A stretch of DNA of 64,000 bases from Tubulanus polymorphus (lineage: Eukaryota > Animalia > Nemertea), in contig NC_134035.1 in assembly GCF_964204645.1 (NCBI RefSeq), positions 4,526,001 to 4,590,000 on the forward strand, written 5' to 3'. Shown piece after piece: positions 42,601 to 54,700 of the stretch; position 1 is the stretch's first letter, and each line of letters starts with the position of its first letter. The notes below the pieces were generated by a model. The model made no database searches and was not told where the DNA came from. It saw only the letters and a program-made list of their open reading frames with translations. The position numbers and the translations under genes are program-made.

Positions 42601-45167
42601 GAATGTGGTCGGAAAAGTCGTCTTGTTACCCGAATTGCGGCGGAATCTCGTCGATAAATCGAACTCGCCGCTGCATTGACCCGACACCCAGAAACGGAGG
42701 ACTCGATTGTCCCGGCGAGGCGGTCGAGTATACACCGTGTAGGACGGATAGATGCGATATCGGTAGGTTTTGGGAACCAAATGGGCCCAGTTGGAGTGGA
42801 AAACAATGATTCCTCTCCCACGTTTATTTATGAATGCCGCAATTTTGAAACGGTAACAATAATAATGAGCGCCAAATAGCGCCCTTCACTGTGATGCAAT
42901 TTCCAATTGGCTGTTCATTAAATTGGTATTATTACCCCTAGTCTATATCTATAACTGTGTATCAGTCATCTCTCCCTGGAGAGAAGTGATATTGGTATTA
43001 TTACCCCTAACCTATATATGTAACTGTGTATCAGTCGTCTCTCCCTGGAGAGAAGTGATATCTGAGCAGGAACCATAACTAACTATTGTCTCTTGCAGGT
43101 GAATTCGATGCCGAATTCGAGAATTTGGGGATGCGCAAGTGGCAGAGTGTGGGTACTATGTCGTGGAAAATAAACCGTGGACCGACGAGAACGTCTAATT
43201 CTGGACCGAATGCCGATCACACTTTCGGAGACCAATACGGTAACATAGACACAATTAGAATCATTGTTACTGAGGATAGGTTAATCTTTACCACATGACC
43301 ACTGGTCTAATATAAGAACAAGTCTGGATAGGGGGCGCCACGTAGACTTTAAAACAAACGGTAATTTATGTCCTTTAATTATTGAAATTGCCGTTTCTAA
43401 GGTGGATACGCATACGCGGCTGGCAGCAGTGGACGACAAAACCAGTTTGCTGTACTAAAAGCTGACAACGTACCGGGAGGTTGCAATCTGACTTTTTTCT
43501 ATCACATGAAAGTCGACGGTTGGGATCAGTTGTTTTGGGTTTCTATCGATGATAACAAGGTGTTTGAGAGAAACGGACCCCAAGGCGACGCCTGGAAGGC
43601 GGGATCAGTAGCGATCCCTGATGGCAGTCACGAGGTTAGGAGAAGGAATTTCTGAATTCATTGCCAATGATTCAAGCCAATTTTGTGATAAGTAAACTAT
43701 TTAGATTGAATGTTTGTTATTTCGTTTTTAGGTGAAATTTGTCGTTAAAAGGGGTTCGTCTTATAGATGTGATGTGGGCCTCGATGATATCAAATTAGTT
43801 TGCGGTAATTATTGGGGATATTTTCATGAAGATAGTGCTATATTATTTGTATTTGTGCAGCTTTATCAATTCATCAGTTTTCACGAAACGGCTGTGAGAC
43901 ATGTCACGCTGGTTTCTGCGCTACGGCGGCCACGCACTCCTGGCCGGGGACCTGATTCACATGATCGTTATTTCAGGAAACGGAAATGGAGGTGGTGTCG
44001 ACTCGGAGCAACCCGCTGTATTGCCAAGTAACGATTTCGAGGTAGATTTTGGCAGCTGGACGAATACGAACTGGCAATTGAAGAAAGGGGAAACTCAGAC
44101 GTGGCATACCGGACCTAAACCAGGCGATCACACCAAAGGCGACCATACCGGTAAGGAGATATTAAAAAGTGTAGGTGCGGGCGGTTTTACCACGTTGTGT
44201 AGCGTATAGATTCTGCTTATCATCCCGGTGATAGAACAACGATATATTACTATGATAGGTTGATACACTGCGTTGAAAATGCGTGTTATGTATGGAATGA
44301 AAATAGGGAATAAGGACAGAAAAAAGCTTTAACAAATTCTTTTTCTTTACTACATAAGCGTCAATCACTGCTTCGAATTATGAAGCAGTATTTGCAGAAA
44401 TAATTATTCCCTTTTCAAATTAAAAACGTTTATTCGAAGTGACAGTTATGTCTTCGATTTAATATATCGTGCAGGAATAAAACTTACATTTATTTTTCTT
44501 CTGTATTTCAAGGTCAGTACATCTACTTGGAAGCGTCTAATGTCGAGCCTGGTTATACGGCCACTCTTGAGAACACGGTGACCACGTCGACCGGTACTTG
44601 TCAAATGGTTTTCTGGTATCAAATGTACGGGGCGGATATGGGCAGCTTAGAGGTGCACGTAAATGGCATTCGCGTTTTTAATCAGGTTCACTCTACCGGT
44701 ACGATGGACTGGATGTCTGGTAAAGTGACGATCCCAGCTGGTGCGAACACCAAGGTAGTTTTCTCAACTGCAAAGAAAAGATATTTGAGAATCTCATCAA
44801 AACAAGGCGTATTCAAAAATACCTCTTATCAATAAAGGAACATAGTTGTATCTTAATGTATATGTGAAGATATTTTCGTGTGTTTTATCATGACAGAAGC
44901 AACCTTTACAACGAATTTCAGAACGAACATAACTCAACAGCTGTATATACTGTTCATTTTTGTGGAATTTAATTCACAAAATGATTAGGTCCGATCTCCT
45001 TGACCGGCACTGAAGGCGTGGTATCATTATAATTCTAATATAAACTTTTTTTACTATATTTAGACATTTTATGATTTGTGTTTCAGGTGAAGTTTGTGGC
45101 AATCCGCGGTTCCGGTGTGCTCAGCGATATCGCGTTAGACGATATTTCATTCGAAAATTGTGAATAA
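39675..45167 (+). CDS. Secreted astacin-family (M12A) zinc metalloprotease with 2 TSP1 and 2 MAM domains, paralog A (677 aa, 14 coding exons)
   Basis: Exons (all GT-AG, frame-consistent, 2034 nt): 39675-39738, 40077-40235, 40579-40699, 40984-41087, 41338-41409, 41512-41727, 42233-42403, 42580-42762, 43099-43239, 43402-43634, 43732-43804, 43977-44150, 44513-44754, 45087-45167. Hydrophobic leader [18 protein letters not shown]; pro-peptide VDGDV and DKR/SAI; Zn motif HEIMHALGFNHEHTRPDR; Met-turn SIMHY; TSP1 WSNW..RQRYC and WGMWS..RTRRC..P.NGGLDC; MAM motifs GP.ADHT, C.L.FFYHM, DVGLDDI, DIALDDI. Confidence 0.93.
41902..42217. repeat. Intronic tandem repeat, 104-105-bp unit x3 (intron 6 of paralog A)
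   Basis: CATAGCTGTCGAACAG at 41902, 42006 and 42111; near-identical units. Confidence 0.92.
42922..43062. repeat. Intronic ~69-bp tandem duplication (intron 8), with a related copy in paralog B at ~49512-49650
   Basis: ATTGGTATTATTACCCCTA...TCTCTCCCTGGAGAGAAGTGAT occurs twice; a related GTCATCTCTCCCTGGTGAGAAG is at ~37781. Confidence 0.8.
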
Positions 45168-45210
45168 AATCGTTATGTAATTCCTGCATCGAAAACAGTA
45201 GTCGAATAAA
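45163..45210 (+). promoter_or_regulatory. Candidate polyadenylation signals of paralog A
   Basis: AATAAA overlapping the stop codon (45163-45168) and a second at 45205-45210. Paralog B keeps the first (51768-51773); its second reads AATGAA. Confidence 0.4.
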
Positions 45211-45632
45211 AACCGCTATCACGCTACATAGTTTAACTGGTGGCTCAAACTCGTGTTCGTTATTTTGTTTAAAACAGAGTTCATTGTAGTACAGGTTTTC
45301 TTGATTTCGACCGAATTGATGGCGAGAGAACTATTAATTGAAGTTGATGAAAATGTCTCGTCGAAATGTTGGTCCTTTTGATATATCAGGAAACTTTATT
45401 AGTTTAAGAAAAAATGAGCTAGCCTTAAAAGCTACAATTCCTTTAATGTAGTTAAATTCGCGAGAAAATGCATTTCAATATCAAGGTTTATTTCAGGCAG
45501 AATATCTGTTTTAATATAAATCTAATCGTTTCTGAAGAATATCGCCTAAAATAGTTATGTATCAAACTGGTCCTTGTGTTATATGGATTGTAGGTGTATT
45601 ATATGCACGTCGTTCAGAAGTGGATTCTTCTT

Positions 45633-45660
45633 GGACACCTGGAATCGCTTATATAAAAAT
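45633..45660 (+). promoter_or_regulatory. Candidate core promoter (E-box CACCTG + TATATAAA) of paralog B
   Basis: GGACACCTGGAATCGCTTATATAAAAAT, ~210 bp upstream of a conserved donor-like AG/GTAT at 45862; positional homologs at 38898-38925 and 37108-37135. Confidence 0.3.
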
Positions 45661-46379
45661 TATTATATTAAAACTTCAAATGTATATTATTAACACCTCA
45701 AACGACTCGATGGTGCTTCGTCTAGCTTGGGCCGATTAAAACGAGTTATTTATGCGCAGACATTGAATTCGATTTTCAAATATATCATATACGTCAGGTT
45801 GGTGAACACGTATTTCAAGACCACAAGGTAACAACCAACTAAACGGAAAGCATCGAATAAGGTATTTTTTTCCTTTGTTTCCGACAATCGAATTGTACAA
45901 AAACTACACAAACGACTGGTGGTTGCACACCCGAAGAGACAAGGCTAGCATTTCTATATTTTGAAATCGCCACATTTTTAGACTTTTGGTTTGAGCCCCG
46001 GTTTTTTTAGAGGAATCAGTTCTTGATTGCGAACTCGGCTTAGTTCGTTTCAGTAAAAAAACAGCAGTTTGAACGTTTTTATCCAGACTCGACCTTGCCC
46101 AAACCGGTCTAGGTCTATAAAATGAAATTGTTACGGTTGACACGCCGAAAATTCAATACATCTATTAATTCAATTATTTTTCTGTTTTACATGCGTGCGT
46201 GTTGGTTTTATTTATTTTTAATTGGTGATGGGTAATGAACTAATAAAGCAGCTCTGCAAACCTACAACCAGATTAAAATGGTTTATGATTTTTTTCCAAT
46301 GTCCTTCTTTCTTTATTTCATATTTTACCGATTGTAGCTAGATCGACTTTTACACGGTTGAAAGTTTAGCGGTTAAAGA

Positions 46380-49300
46380 ATGTTGTGGCTCTTGCTAATG
46401 GTCACTTTAGGTGATGCCGTTGCTGTTTTTGCATCGCAACCAGGTAGGTTGAAATATCAACCAGAAAATTACGCAATTAGAAACTAATTCTATCAACTAT
46501 ATTTTTCATAATCTTTAAGAGATTAATCGATTACGTATTCTAAATTTGTCATCGGCTTTTATTTTTAAAATTTGATTGATTTTCGCAATTTTCAATTATC
46601 AGATTGATTCGATTTGGGCTGTTGAGTTATTCTGTATTCAAACCTATTCATCTGAATTCGCGAAGAAAAGATCTGCCTCGTATTTTGTACTTCTTATTCA
46701 ATGAGATATATGTTACGATTCGCTCCCTTTTTTATGATAACTATCGATATTCATTTCAACTTCCACAGTCAAATTACGATAAGAAATTACGTAAATAATA
46801 TAGCAGATTGTAAAGATACGTTATTTATATCAGAATACGTTGCATTTTACTCATGCTATTTCTTATCGTAATTTGATTCGTTTATATATTTCTATCTCTA
46901 CTATGATATTTCATCAATTCTTTTCTGCAAGATTTCTTGGGAGACAATATCGAGATCGTGGATGGCGACGTTTTGCGTTATCGTAACAAACCGGATGCGG
47001 ATGGCCTGGACAAACGGTCAGCCATTTTCACACGCCGTAACCTGTGGCGCAATCGGACCGTTCCTTACACTTACAATCGTATCAGCGAAGGTAGAAAGTA
47101 CAAACGTTTTTTTTTCTAAAGCTTAACAAATTTTGTCCATTTAACTTTTTGTTTGTATTGCATTTTTCTGTTTATTCTGCTAAATCGTTAACTTTGTAAA
47201 AATTTCCATATTAAAAAAAATGAATCCGATAAGATTGATGTGCCGGCTATTTTTACTTTTCGATAACTACTCCATGGTGACCCTTCGCACGTGTCGTTTT
47301 AGCCGTGAAAGGACGCATTTTGAAAGCGATTGAACGTTTCCACAACAAGACATGCATCAGCTTCCGCGAAAAAACTGCAAATGACGTCGACTATCTATTT
47401 TTCGAAGGGGGATACCGTCGTGCGTAAGGGAAATTCGTCATATAATGCGGGATGCGGGATGTGTTAATATTCATGTGCCATTCAGTCAAAATATCATAGA
47501 TGCGAGTTGGATCCGACTGATTCGTTGAAAAACTGAATTTCTTTACATTCTCGTGAATTCCATTATATTCTCAGTAGTGAATTGTAATCAAGCAGTTTAT
47601 CTATCATCGAATATACTGCATTACTTTCACATTACTTTCGATAACTATAACCTAAAATGTAATATGTAGTCGCATATGAGAGTATGGCGACATTATGAGA
47701 TTATGTTTACAGGGTTTGTTTTTTCTTTTTAAATTGTTTAATTTCTTAGTTTTTGCGGCTCATTTACGGGAAGACAGGGTGGAAAGCAATATATCTTAAT
47801 CGGAGTCGAGTGCTCGTTGGGCTCAATTATGCATGAACTCATGCACGCTTTGGGTAAGTTACACTTTACGAGGAAGTGACTTTGTGTTCGGCGATCTTAT
47901 CATCTCGTTTATTACATAATGATAGCCAACTAAAGTCTGGTAAACTTTATAAAATATTTCTCCGAGCCGACCACTCGCCCCGATATCAAATCGGATGCAT
48001 TTCTGTTGTCAAAATAGATTCTCGATTTGGGCAACGCCTACTGTTTAATTATGATTGTTCATTTCTGAATTTATGATGCTTGTTATAGATTAGTTATTTC
48101 TAATTTCAAATATTTCTATAGGATTCTACCACGAACACAACCGACCCGATCGTAACGACTACATATCCATTTTTTGGGAGAATATCATGCCCGGTAAGGC
48201 AATAGAGTGTGAGATATATATATATAGGCCTATAAAGCCTACTGATGGTCGGGGTGATTTGAAATCGTGTTTCAATTTTTATTCGTAGGCACAGAGTCGT
48301 ACTTCGAGAAAAAGGTCGGCTCCGATATGCTCGGCGTTAACTACGACTATGACAGTATCATGCACTATCCAAAAAAGGCATTTTCTGTCAACAGAAAAGA
48401 TACGATAGAAGTCCTCGTTGATCCGAACACAGAGATCGGGCAACGGGTTAAATTCAGCGCGCTTGATTTAGTTCGCATCGATAAACTGTACGATTGCTCA
48501 ACCAGTAAGTGCCCTTATGAAAATACCACGACCCTCCAAATTCCACAGTTCCGAATTTAGGTACTGAACTCATTTCTAGTCGGATCTATAGAATTCCACG
48601 GTAAAAATTGAACTAGCATTTAAGATTTGGACTCGAATGAATAAGTCCAAACAAATAACTGTCGAACAGGACGGTGGACTGAGAGTGAACAGTCATTTTC
48701 AGGTCTAACAGTCCATTTCGAGTGAATCATTCGTTTGAAGAAGGGATGAAGCATGAATTATATTTCTTGTTGTAAATCTGTAGGTTTAGATAAAGGAGTT
48801 ACGCAGTGGTCGAATTGGGCGTCGTACGACTGCGCTTTTAAATGCGCAACGAAATCCCGTCAGAGATACTGTTTCACGAGCTCGAACTGCCCGATAAAGT
48901 ATTACACCGGAGTAGAAACTCAGTACGAAGACTGCACTGAAGCCGCGTGTAACGGTAAAGATGAAAACGATTTCATACGAATTAAATATTTGATACTGAA
49001 AACTTTTAATTGGTTACAATATTCGCGTCGGAACTAACTACAGTAAAACCTCGTTATGTAAGTCATGCTCTTTTCAAGCTTTCTTCACGTTTTTTTTTTC
49101 TACGATATTCGTCCAATTTTTAACGCAGTTCCCATAAATGGTCACTGGGGAAAGTGGTCGGAAAAGTCGTCTTGTTACCCGAATTGCGGCGGAATCTCAT
49201 CGATAAATCGAACTCGCCGCTGCATCGACCCGACACCCAGAAACGGAGGACTAGATTGTCCTGGCGAGGCGGTCGAGTATACGCCGTGTAGGATGGATAG

Positions 49301-51772
49301 ATGCGATATCGGTAGGTTTTGGGAACCAAGTAGGCCCAGTTGGAGTGGAAAACAATGATTCCTCTCTCACGTTCATTTATGAATGCAGCAATTTTGAAAC
49401 GATAACAATTTTAGTTTTTTTCGCCTGTCTTATTGGTTAACTCGATGATTAATAATGAGCGCCAAATAGCGCCCTTCACAGTGATGCAATTTCTAATTGG
49501 CTGTTCATTAAGTTGGTATTATTACCCTTAGCCTACTTCTGTAACTGTGTATCAGTCATCTCTCCCGGGAGAGAAGTGATATTATTATTATTATCCATAG
49601 CCTACATCTCCAACTCTAACCCAGTTATCTCTCTCCCAGGGGAGAGGTAACATCCGAGCAACTCTACTCAGTGTCCAGTAGTCTCCCATCAGACCAGGTA
49701 CCCAGAACTTAGCATACTATCTTGCAGGTGAATTCGATGCCGCATTCGAGAATTTGGGGATGCGCAAGTGGCAGAGTGTGGGTACTATGTCGTGGAAAAT
49801 AAACCGTGGACCGACGAGAACGACCAATTCCGGACCGAATGCCGATCACACTTTCGGAGACCAATACGGTAACATAGACACAATTCGAATCATTGTTACT
49901 GAGGATAGGTTAATCTTTACCATATGACCACTGGTCTAATACGCGAACAAGCCTGGGTAGCGGCACGTAGAATAAAACGAATGGTATTTATATTTTGGAA
50001 TTTTTGAAATTGTTTTTAAGGTGGATACGTATACGCGGCTGGCAGCTGGGGACGACAAAACCAGTTTGCTGTACTAGAAGCTGACGACGTACCGGGAGGT
50101 TGCAACCTGACTTTCTTCTATCACATGAAAGTCGACGGTTGGGATCAGTTGTTTTGGGTTTCTATCGATGATAACAAGGTGTTTGAGAGAAACGGACCCC
50201 AAGGCGACGCCTGGAAGGCGGGATCAGTAGCGATCCCTGATGGCAATCATGAGGTCATACGGACAAAGAGTTTCAGAATTCATTGCCAATGATTCAAGAC
50301 AGATTTGTAATAAGTTAACTATTTTGATTGAATGTTTGTTATTTCGTTTTCAGGTGAAATTTGTCGTTAAAAGGGGTTTGTCTTATAGATGTGATGTGGG
50401 CCTCGATGATATCAAATTAGTTTGCGGTAATTATTGGGAATATTTTCATGAAGATAGTGCTATATTATTCATATTTACATAGAAGGTGTGCTTCATTGGT
50501 TTCGAGAAACGGCTGTGAGACATGTCACGCTGGTTTCTATGCTACGGCGGCCATGCACTCCTGGTCGGAGAAATAATTCACATGATTGTTATTTCAGGAA
50601 ACGGAGATGGAGGTGGTGCCGAACCGGAGCAACCCGCTGTTTTGCCTAGTAACGATTTTGAGAAAGATTTTGGCAGCTGGACGAACACGAATTGGCAACT
50701 GGAAAATGGCGAAACTCCGACGTGGCATACCGGACCTAAACCAGGGGATCACACCAAAGGCGACTATACCGGTAATATGATATGTGGATTGTGCAGGTGC
50801 GGGTGGTTTTACCACCGTGTGCAGCGCACAGATTCTGCTTGTCATCCCGGTGATAGAACAACGATATACCACCAAGATAGGTCGATACACTGCGTCGAAA
50901 AAGAGTTTTATGTGTGAAATGAAAAAGGAAAAATTTAAAAAAGAAAAGAAGAGCTTTGACAAATGCTTGTTTAGTAATATTCCCCGAAGTGAAGAATCCC
51001 TCTTGAAAATAAAAATGTTTGTTCGAAGTGACAGTCATACTGTCTACGACGAGTTAAGTAGATCATGCCGAAATGAAACTTACATTTATTTTTCTTCTGC
51101 ATTTCAAGGTAAGTACATCTACATGGAAGCGTCTAATGTCGAGCCTGGTTATACGGCCACTCTTGAGAACACGGTGACCACGTCGACCAGTACTTGTCAA
51201 ATGGTTTTCTGGTATCAAATGTACGGGACGGATATGGGCAGCTTAGAGGTGCACGTAAACGGCGTTCGCGTTTTTAATCAGGTTCACTCTACCGGTACAA
51301 TGGACTGGGTGTCTGGTAAAGTGACGATCCCAGCTGGCGCGAACAAGGTAGTTTTCTCAACTGCAAAGAAAAGATATCTAAAAATCTCATCTAGACGAAT
51401 CGAATATAGAAGTAGCTATGAATAAAAGAACATAGTTGTGATTTTGATGTATACGCGAAAGATATTTTACTTATATATTTTACTAAAGATATTTTATCAT
51501 GACAGTAGGAATCGTTATAACGAATATCAGAATGAACTTTAGGCTCAAGCAGCCTACAATAGCTGTATATACTATTCTTTTATCTATGAATGTCATTCAC
51601 TGAATGATAATAAGGAAACGTGATATCATTTTAATCATGATATTAACATTCTTTTACTATATTTAGTAACATTTTTTTATTTGTGTTTCAGGTGAAGTTT
51701 GTGGCAATCCGCGGTTCCGGTATCCTCAGCGATATCGCGTTAGATGATGTTTCATTCGAAAATTGTGAATAA
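46380..51772 (+). CDS. Secreted astacin-family (M12A) zinc metalloprotease with 2 TSP1 and 2 MAM domains, paralog B (676 aa, 14 coding exons)
   Basis: Exons (2031 nt): 46380-46443, 46932-47090, 47303-47423, 47750-47853, 48122-48193, 48289-48504, 48784-48954, 49129-49311, 49728-49868, 50021-50253, 50354-50426, 50598-50771, 51109-51347, 51692-51772. Same exon sizes as paralog A except exon 13 is 3 nt shorter; Zn motif [18 protein letters not shown]; SIMHY; no stops or frameshifts seen. Confidence 0.93.
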
Positions 51773-54700
51773 AACTATCACGAAATTCCTACATCGAAAA
51801 CTGTAGTCGAATGAAAAACCACTTTCACGCAAAAACACTATCATGGTCTTAATTTTGTTAAAAATGACTTAGTTTTTTGTACAGCAGGTTTTCTTCAGTA
51901 ATTGATACCGAAAATGAATTGGCGAAACTGGCGAAAACATCTCGTCGAAATATTGGTCCTTTTGATAAAGGAAACTTCATTATTTCAGTCTTGTCGTGGC
52001 ACCGCTCTTGAGGGGCTGCACCGATGTTCCGTACCCTGCACAAACCTATTAAACTACCGTTATTCAATCTAAGGCGTGTGCGCCGTAGCTCATTGTTTGC
52101 GAGAAACTCGGATACAATCCACGCATCCGCGGGCTATTGTCTCAACCACCTCAGCTCGACAAATATTCTATTTCTTCTTCTTGAAATATTAATCACCCGC
52201 TTCATTTACCTTTCAAAGCAATTAACAGCCGCATCGACCGGGGCCGGGCGCCCGTGTATCACGTGTCATATAGCTTATCGCCTGCTAGTCGATTTTAGTT
52301 CCCAGTCATCATCGGTCGACGTGTGGACCAGACATTTTATTCACGTATCGCGCGTTGTTTTTCTATAAAGTCTGTAAGATGTTGCAAATACGACTAAACA
52401 ATAGCGACTCCGCATACTGCAACGTTCAAAGAATCACGCCCTAATCACGCCGTATTCTTTTCAGTGAATTTTGCCGCGATCGACTCGTTTTTCCGTCTAG
52501 AGTTTCCTCATTAAAACCTCGTACGCGGACATCATTTGTTGCTATCGTTAATAGAATTGAGTTTTAATATCGTAAACGCGTCCGCGCCCGATGTCCGGTT
52601 CATTCATCGCGCATCAATTCGCACGGATCACGATAGTAGAATTTCGTTGATTCACGAGCTTTTTTGAAAAGGCCACAAAGATCACGAATAACTTCTATGG
52701 ACAGCGAAGGGGGGCAGGTACACTCAAAAACGTAGATTTTGGGGCTAAAGGTCTTTTTTGATTTAGTAATTAAGGCCGTTGTATAGAAGCTGTAAAAACC
52801 AAGCCAAAAGCCCAGTTGTAGGGAGACATGGAAACGGACAAATTCCGAGCGTTTCTTCTGTCGTACATGCGTTGGACTAAATATTATACTTAAGTTCGAT
52901 ATGCATTCTATGTAAAAATTTCACGCTACGTTTCCAAGGAGAAAATCTTAACAAAATTAGACGAGGATTCATTTAGATCCATATATACATACGATTATAA
53001 AAGCAAATAATTTCACAAATAATTTTCATTTATGATAAACGATATGAAAATGTTAAAGTACGTGCGTTAATATACCGCGAAGCCATATTGGATTTTGAAT
53101 TGACAATATTGTAACAATAACGTGTAACACTTCAAAACCATGTGTTTACGAACGTCTCTTCGGTAATAATTCATTCCGATAATGTGTTGATAATTTCGAT
53201 AAATTGATATTATCAGCTGTCAGACGACTATAGTTATATTCAATGCTCGTCGATTGAGAATCGCATTAAAGGGTTCTCGTAATCGGCGGCATTAAACATT
53301 CATCGCCAACACCTTGCGCCCCGTAAACGCGCTTCTTTTCATTCGAACTTGCGCTGAACATATGAAATTCATCTAAATATTTCAACAATAATTCGCGAGT
53401 TTATTTCATCATAACCGCCTTCGCAGTCGACGATTTAAAACCGTCTGCGCGCGCGCGGCGGCGTCCGTTATTTATTTAAATATGCATAATTTAACGACTC
53501 CAAACGACAGTAAACATTCTAACATTATTTATACAAGCGACGAGTTGTTCGAATCGTCGTATTTAAACTTGAACTGGAAGCAGGCTGATTGAGAAATCTT
53601 TGAAATTTATACATATTCGATGATGAAGTCTGTTATTTGAATTACGCAAACGTGTCCGGCCATATTGGATTTCGATATTTTTCAACGATTTCTGATTATT
53701 CGGAACGATTTTGCATTAGAAACACTTCAGCGCTTTGTTGTGTCTGGACTTATATTCAATTCACCTCGATATCCTTTTCAAGTTAGATATTTCAATTGAT
53801 TCAGTCTGTCTCTGTTCATTATTTCAATATGATAGTCTAATGCGTCTTGTGGGAACATGCGGTGTAGATATTTCGAAATATGCGATTTCTTACTTTTCGT
53901 AGAAATTATAATTTTCAATCGGAGATGATTTCCTACCTATAGCTTTCTTCCTACAGTAACCGCTGAATTGTCGAAATTAACGAACTTCCACCCTGGAAAT
54001 AAACAAAGAAAATAATGACGTGAACATGATTCCGCAACAATAAACACAATACGGCGAAGAATGCCTGGAAAATGCCACTTAGTCAGGTCAATATGTCGTC
54101 AGGTCAATATCTAGGAAATATGGTTCATCATTTGGAATATAAGATTGTCGATAGATTCCATAAGTCCCGAATGAAAGGTCTAGGATTCTCTAGGATTTTT
54201 TGTGGTGGACCCGAAAATTGGAATGGGCACATAATTCGAAAAAGTGCAGATTTGCCAATGCGAGGGCTACAAGTGAAACATTGATGGGGATTCTATGGGG
54301 GTCCTCCCAGAGAAAATGCTCACATGGGCTTTTCTGGCCCTTGTCATGGCCCATTTCGACTTATTTTTTCGTTTTTTATTTATTTTCTTTGCAAAAAAAC
54401 GATTTCCAGACTTTTTGGAAGGCACAATTCGAATTTTGAAGGGGAGGGGTGGACCAATCCACCCGGTCTATTCGGCCCTTGGAATGCTCTAAACGACAAG
54501 AAAAGTCTACAGAATATACGGACACCTGGAAAGGCTCGATTTTCACATATCTTATGTTTACCAAAGAGTATACATAGTTCCGGTAAATCTAAATTCACTC
54601 TCATCGGGTTTTACATAAATTACTCGTACTTGAATTGTTTGTATTATTTTGTGTTAAACAAAACCCTATCATCGATTCGCTTTAGGACTAAATTGGAACA

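Larger units (their letters stand above)
38578..51987 (+). repeat. Tandem segmental duplication, ~6.7-kb unit x2 plus the start of a third
   Basis: Junction sequence GTACAG(CAG)GTTTT...GTCGAAAT..TGGTCC.TTTGATA at ~38578, ~45289 and ~51879; each full unit carries one protease gene. Confidence 0.88.

Noticed and set aside
50784-51425. 213-aa ORF, the longest in the track
   Set aside because: It is exon 13 of paralog B plus intron read-through; the matching intron in paralog A is closed.
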